This document shows, piece after piece, positions 61,301 through 64,000 of a stretch of 64,000 bases of DNA. Below the pieces are notes generated by a model. It was not told the DNA's origin. It was given only the letters and a program-made list of their open reading frames with translations, and searched no databases. Source of the DNA: Iphione sp. A-MEVVRFRX5 (taxonomy: Eukaryota); assembly GCA_976226885.1 (NCBI GenBank), contig OZ320316.1, positions 39,804,001 through 39,868,000 on the forward strand, written 5' to 3'. The translations under genes were made by a program, and so were the position numbers. Each line of letters begins with the position of its first letter. Position 1 is the stretch's first letter.

Positions 61301-62680
61301 TGAAAAGAAGTGAACGTCCTACTAACGTTTTCTTTTTCCTCTTGGCATAGTGCAAAATGAGAGACTGTGAACAGGAAAGATAGGATAGCTGAGGAACCGG
61401 GAGGAGGAGGAGAGGTTTATCTAAATTGCACATCATGCACCAGTGGGAGGTTTTGCATTATTAAAATTCACCGGCATGGGTCGTTTTTTGTAATTGGTGG
61501 CATTAAGAATGATCGTGTCCGAACTTGGTGTATCTGAAGTAAATTAATCAAAGTTCGATGCGGTGCGTCGATCGGGCGTTGACAATCGCTGACAATTAGG
61601 ATTAATTAAGGAAAGACAGCGGCGCGCAACACGTCCGGCCGGCAAGCGCCTAGGAGGCATTAATTAAGTGATCTCCGAAGTCGGGTGTGAATAGGCTATG
61701 AGGGTAGGGTGTGGACTGGGCGCCTTAGCTGGGTCTGGCCAGTGATTCCCTCACGCCTCGCCGGAGTCTGAGATCAGGGATGGCCCTGGGATGGGCGTAT
61801 TCAATCACGCAGTCGGCCGACAGAGGGGACATTCGGCCTAGGAACGGGACACCAAGGGTATTAGCAAGCAGCGGCTGAGCCGGCAAGGGGACACCTTTAA
61901 TATTCGCGCCAAGCAGGCACCGACCGAATCAAGCCTACATCACGAGCGGCAAGTGGGAGAAAATTGGACTCGATCTATCACAGATCGTATATCAGTCAAC
62001 ATGCCAACAACTGGCACGCTACAAAAAGAACAAATACATTAAAAATGTAATTAATATAATTAATGGTACATGGCACACGCACGATACACCACGCGACTAC
62101 GTCGCCACCAGTGCCTGCTATATAAACCTCCCTATTCATGAGATAAATGGTAACATCTGATAAGCGAGTATGTTTGGTGTTGGTCGTCGGTCTGGGGATA
62201 AATTGATTCGAAAGATTTGAATAACAGCCAGCTAGAACCAAGGCTGATCCGCTCACATCCTCTGTTGCCCACGTAGATGCTTCTACACCCATCGCCGGTT
62301 CCTTTCTTCAGGATTGGCGTTACATGGGAGAGAAAATTGGATTAATAGAATCACTTAATGCAGCGTGGGACGAGCAGAAGATATAGGGTTAGATTGTACC
62401 GCTTCTGAGCGACTCTCTACTAGGAGGGTGGGCAGCATGCGGGAGGCGACAACCACAGAGTCGTCGAGAGAACGGCGGCGCGAGACGGAGACATACATGA
62501 ATAAATTACAACATACCCGTAATACTGAGAGCTAGCAGGAGTAGCTGTGGATGAATGAACTCTAGCCACCGAGCGACGTGTCTCTTGGATTTCTGCGGCT
62601 GTCGCTGCTATTGCTGACCGAGCTGGCTGTCTTGGGCCTGTTGTTGATGTATTGATGTTGACGCTGTGGTTGTCAACGGT

Positions 62681-62709
62681 GGTTGTGGTGGTGGTGGTGG
62701 TTGTGGTGG
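62681..62709. repeat. Imperfect (GTG)n/(GTT) microsatellite
   Basis: Read directly. It explains the poly-Thr in ORF 62420-62782. Confidence 0.8.
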
Positions 62710-64000
62710 CGTCTAACGCTGACGTCTGTTGAAGTGCTTGTGTCTGTTTGGTGTGAGATGAGGTCGTTTTTTTGGCCACCAACAGCGGGGAATCTCGGGT
62801 CAGAGATGTGGGTTGGGCTCACCCACGCGTCCCCCTCCCCGACGACACCGTGATAGCCTGCACCCAGTCACAGCTTCTTACACTTGGGGTACGGTCTTAA
62901 CACCCCTCGTCCAAGCTGCAACCTGCGGGAGCGTCCGATGACCACGCGGCTCAGTCAAACAGAAGAGAATGACGGACGGTGGCCGGCGGCTTCAAACAGT
63001 GGCGAGACTGCTGCTGAAATGGCACGACAGCCCCTGGTCGACCGCGAGTGTCCCTTCGGTCGCCGCGGTGCCAAGTGAGTGTCAGCCGGGTGGCCCACCG
63101 TTATAGATCGGTTGGCCCCTGACAGTTGGAGGTAGTTGTAGTTACCAGAGGACCTGCCCACCTGCCTGGCTGGGTGAGCTGCTCCTTCCAACCACTGAGG
63201 TGCTCCACTGGCGATGCTGCTGCCACTGGCCGCTCGGCCCGGCTCTACATATAAGGCCCAACCCCACAGAAGACGCACAGCTGGGGTCTTAACAGTGATC
63301 GCTCATTGCTGAAAACCAACTTGTAAACAATTTTGCTTCTTTTTACCGCCACACTGACCCCGTCACCTGTCAGCTGCAGCTCAGAGTTTTTGTTCATCAC
63401 TAAACGTTCTCGGTGTTCAAATAGTGCTTGAAAGTCAAACACAAGCAGCAGTGACATCCTTCAGTTACCGCCGAAAAAAGTTCTGCATCCCTATTATTCT
63501 TGCAACAGCATTCCTGTGCCTGATACTTTGGAGGAGAGGGGATGGGTGTTGAATAGCCTTCTAATATATTCTAGTGCCTTCCATACATATTTAAGACAGA
63601 AATATAGTATACACAGAGATATATGCTTTAAGGGACATTATTATCTATACCTCGCATTTTTCTTGCGTGCGAAAAGTTGTTTAAACCATAGCGATCGCCA
63701 ATGTTACATAAAGCTTCTCAGGAAACTCGATAGGAGATCATCACACGTATTCAGATGCACATGATAAGTGGTGAAAATATCTACAAAAGTAGATCTGTCA
63801 AAGGCATCATCTTGAGAAGTATTCTTTACACATGTGCTTGTTTACTGCAGGCCTTATAAAACATGCTTAGCAGTTCAACAGTAGAGCGTTTCAGGTCAGG
63901 TTGGCTCCGGATTGACCACGGGTCGCCCATTAGCACCCTGATTAATTCTGACGCGACGTGATCTTTGATTTCACGCGAGGCGACCGTCCATCAGGCTGTC

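Noticed and set aside
62420-62782. 120-aa Thr-rich ORF
   Set aside because: Explained by the (GTG)n repeat; non-ATG start and no domain.
63128-63143. GGAGGTAGTTGTAGTT resembling let-7
   Set aside because: Wrong 5' base, missing the central AGG, and no precursor stem.
21600-64000. Calling this block a Hox or other named homeobox cluster
   Set aside because: I found no homeobox (WFQNRR), YPWM exon or cluster miRNA by eye, and motif content alone cannot name the locus.

Overview
Eukaryotic (metazoan, probably invertebrate) genomic DNA. I found no prokaryotic genes, CRISPR arrays, rRNA or tRNA. The window has two very different parts. (1) About 1-21.6 kb is a nested cluster of decayed transposons. 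It holds an I/Nimb-clade LINE on + (ORF1 zinc knuckles, APE endonuclease, RT with YADD, RNase H), a Ty3/Gypsy remnant on - (protease, RT, RNase H, likely PPT, 3' LTR and PBS), and a young 5'-truncated L2/Crack-type LINE with an uninterrupted 261-codon frame and (TTA)9 tail. It also holds two related DIRS-like fragments on -, several MITEs, and a candidate small-intron spliced ORF near 7-8.6 kb. (2) About 21.6-64 kb has no recognisable protein domain and almost no recognisable transposon. It is a mosaic of GC/CpG-rich islands and AT-rich spacers with homeodomain, PBX-HOX, nuclear-receptor, CCAAT and CTCF-like motifs, a perfect 16-bp hairpin and a few + strand exon candidates. This looks like the cis-regulatory landscape or large intron of a developmental gene lying outside the window, but that is inference: I found no homeobox or other host gene. 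All protein-family calls are by-eye motif recognition with no database search, and most element boundaries are approximate. I cannot claim a new biological system. The best leads are the TE-poor regulatory block with a possible spliced non-coding transcript, the orphan spliced ORF, the hairpin and the paired DIRS termini.
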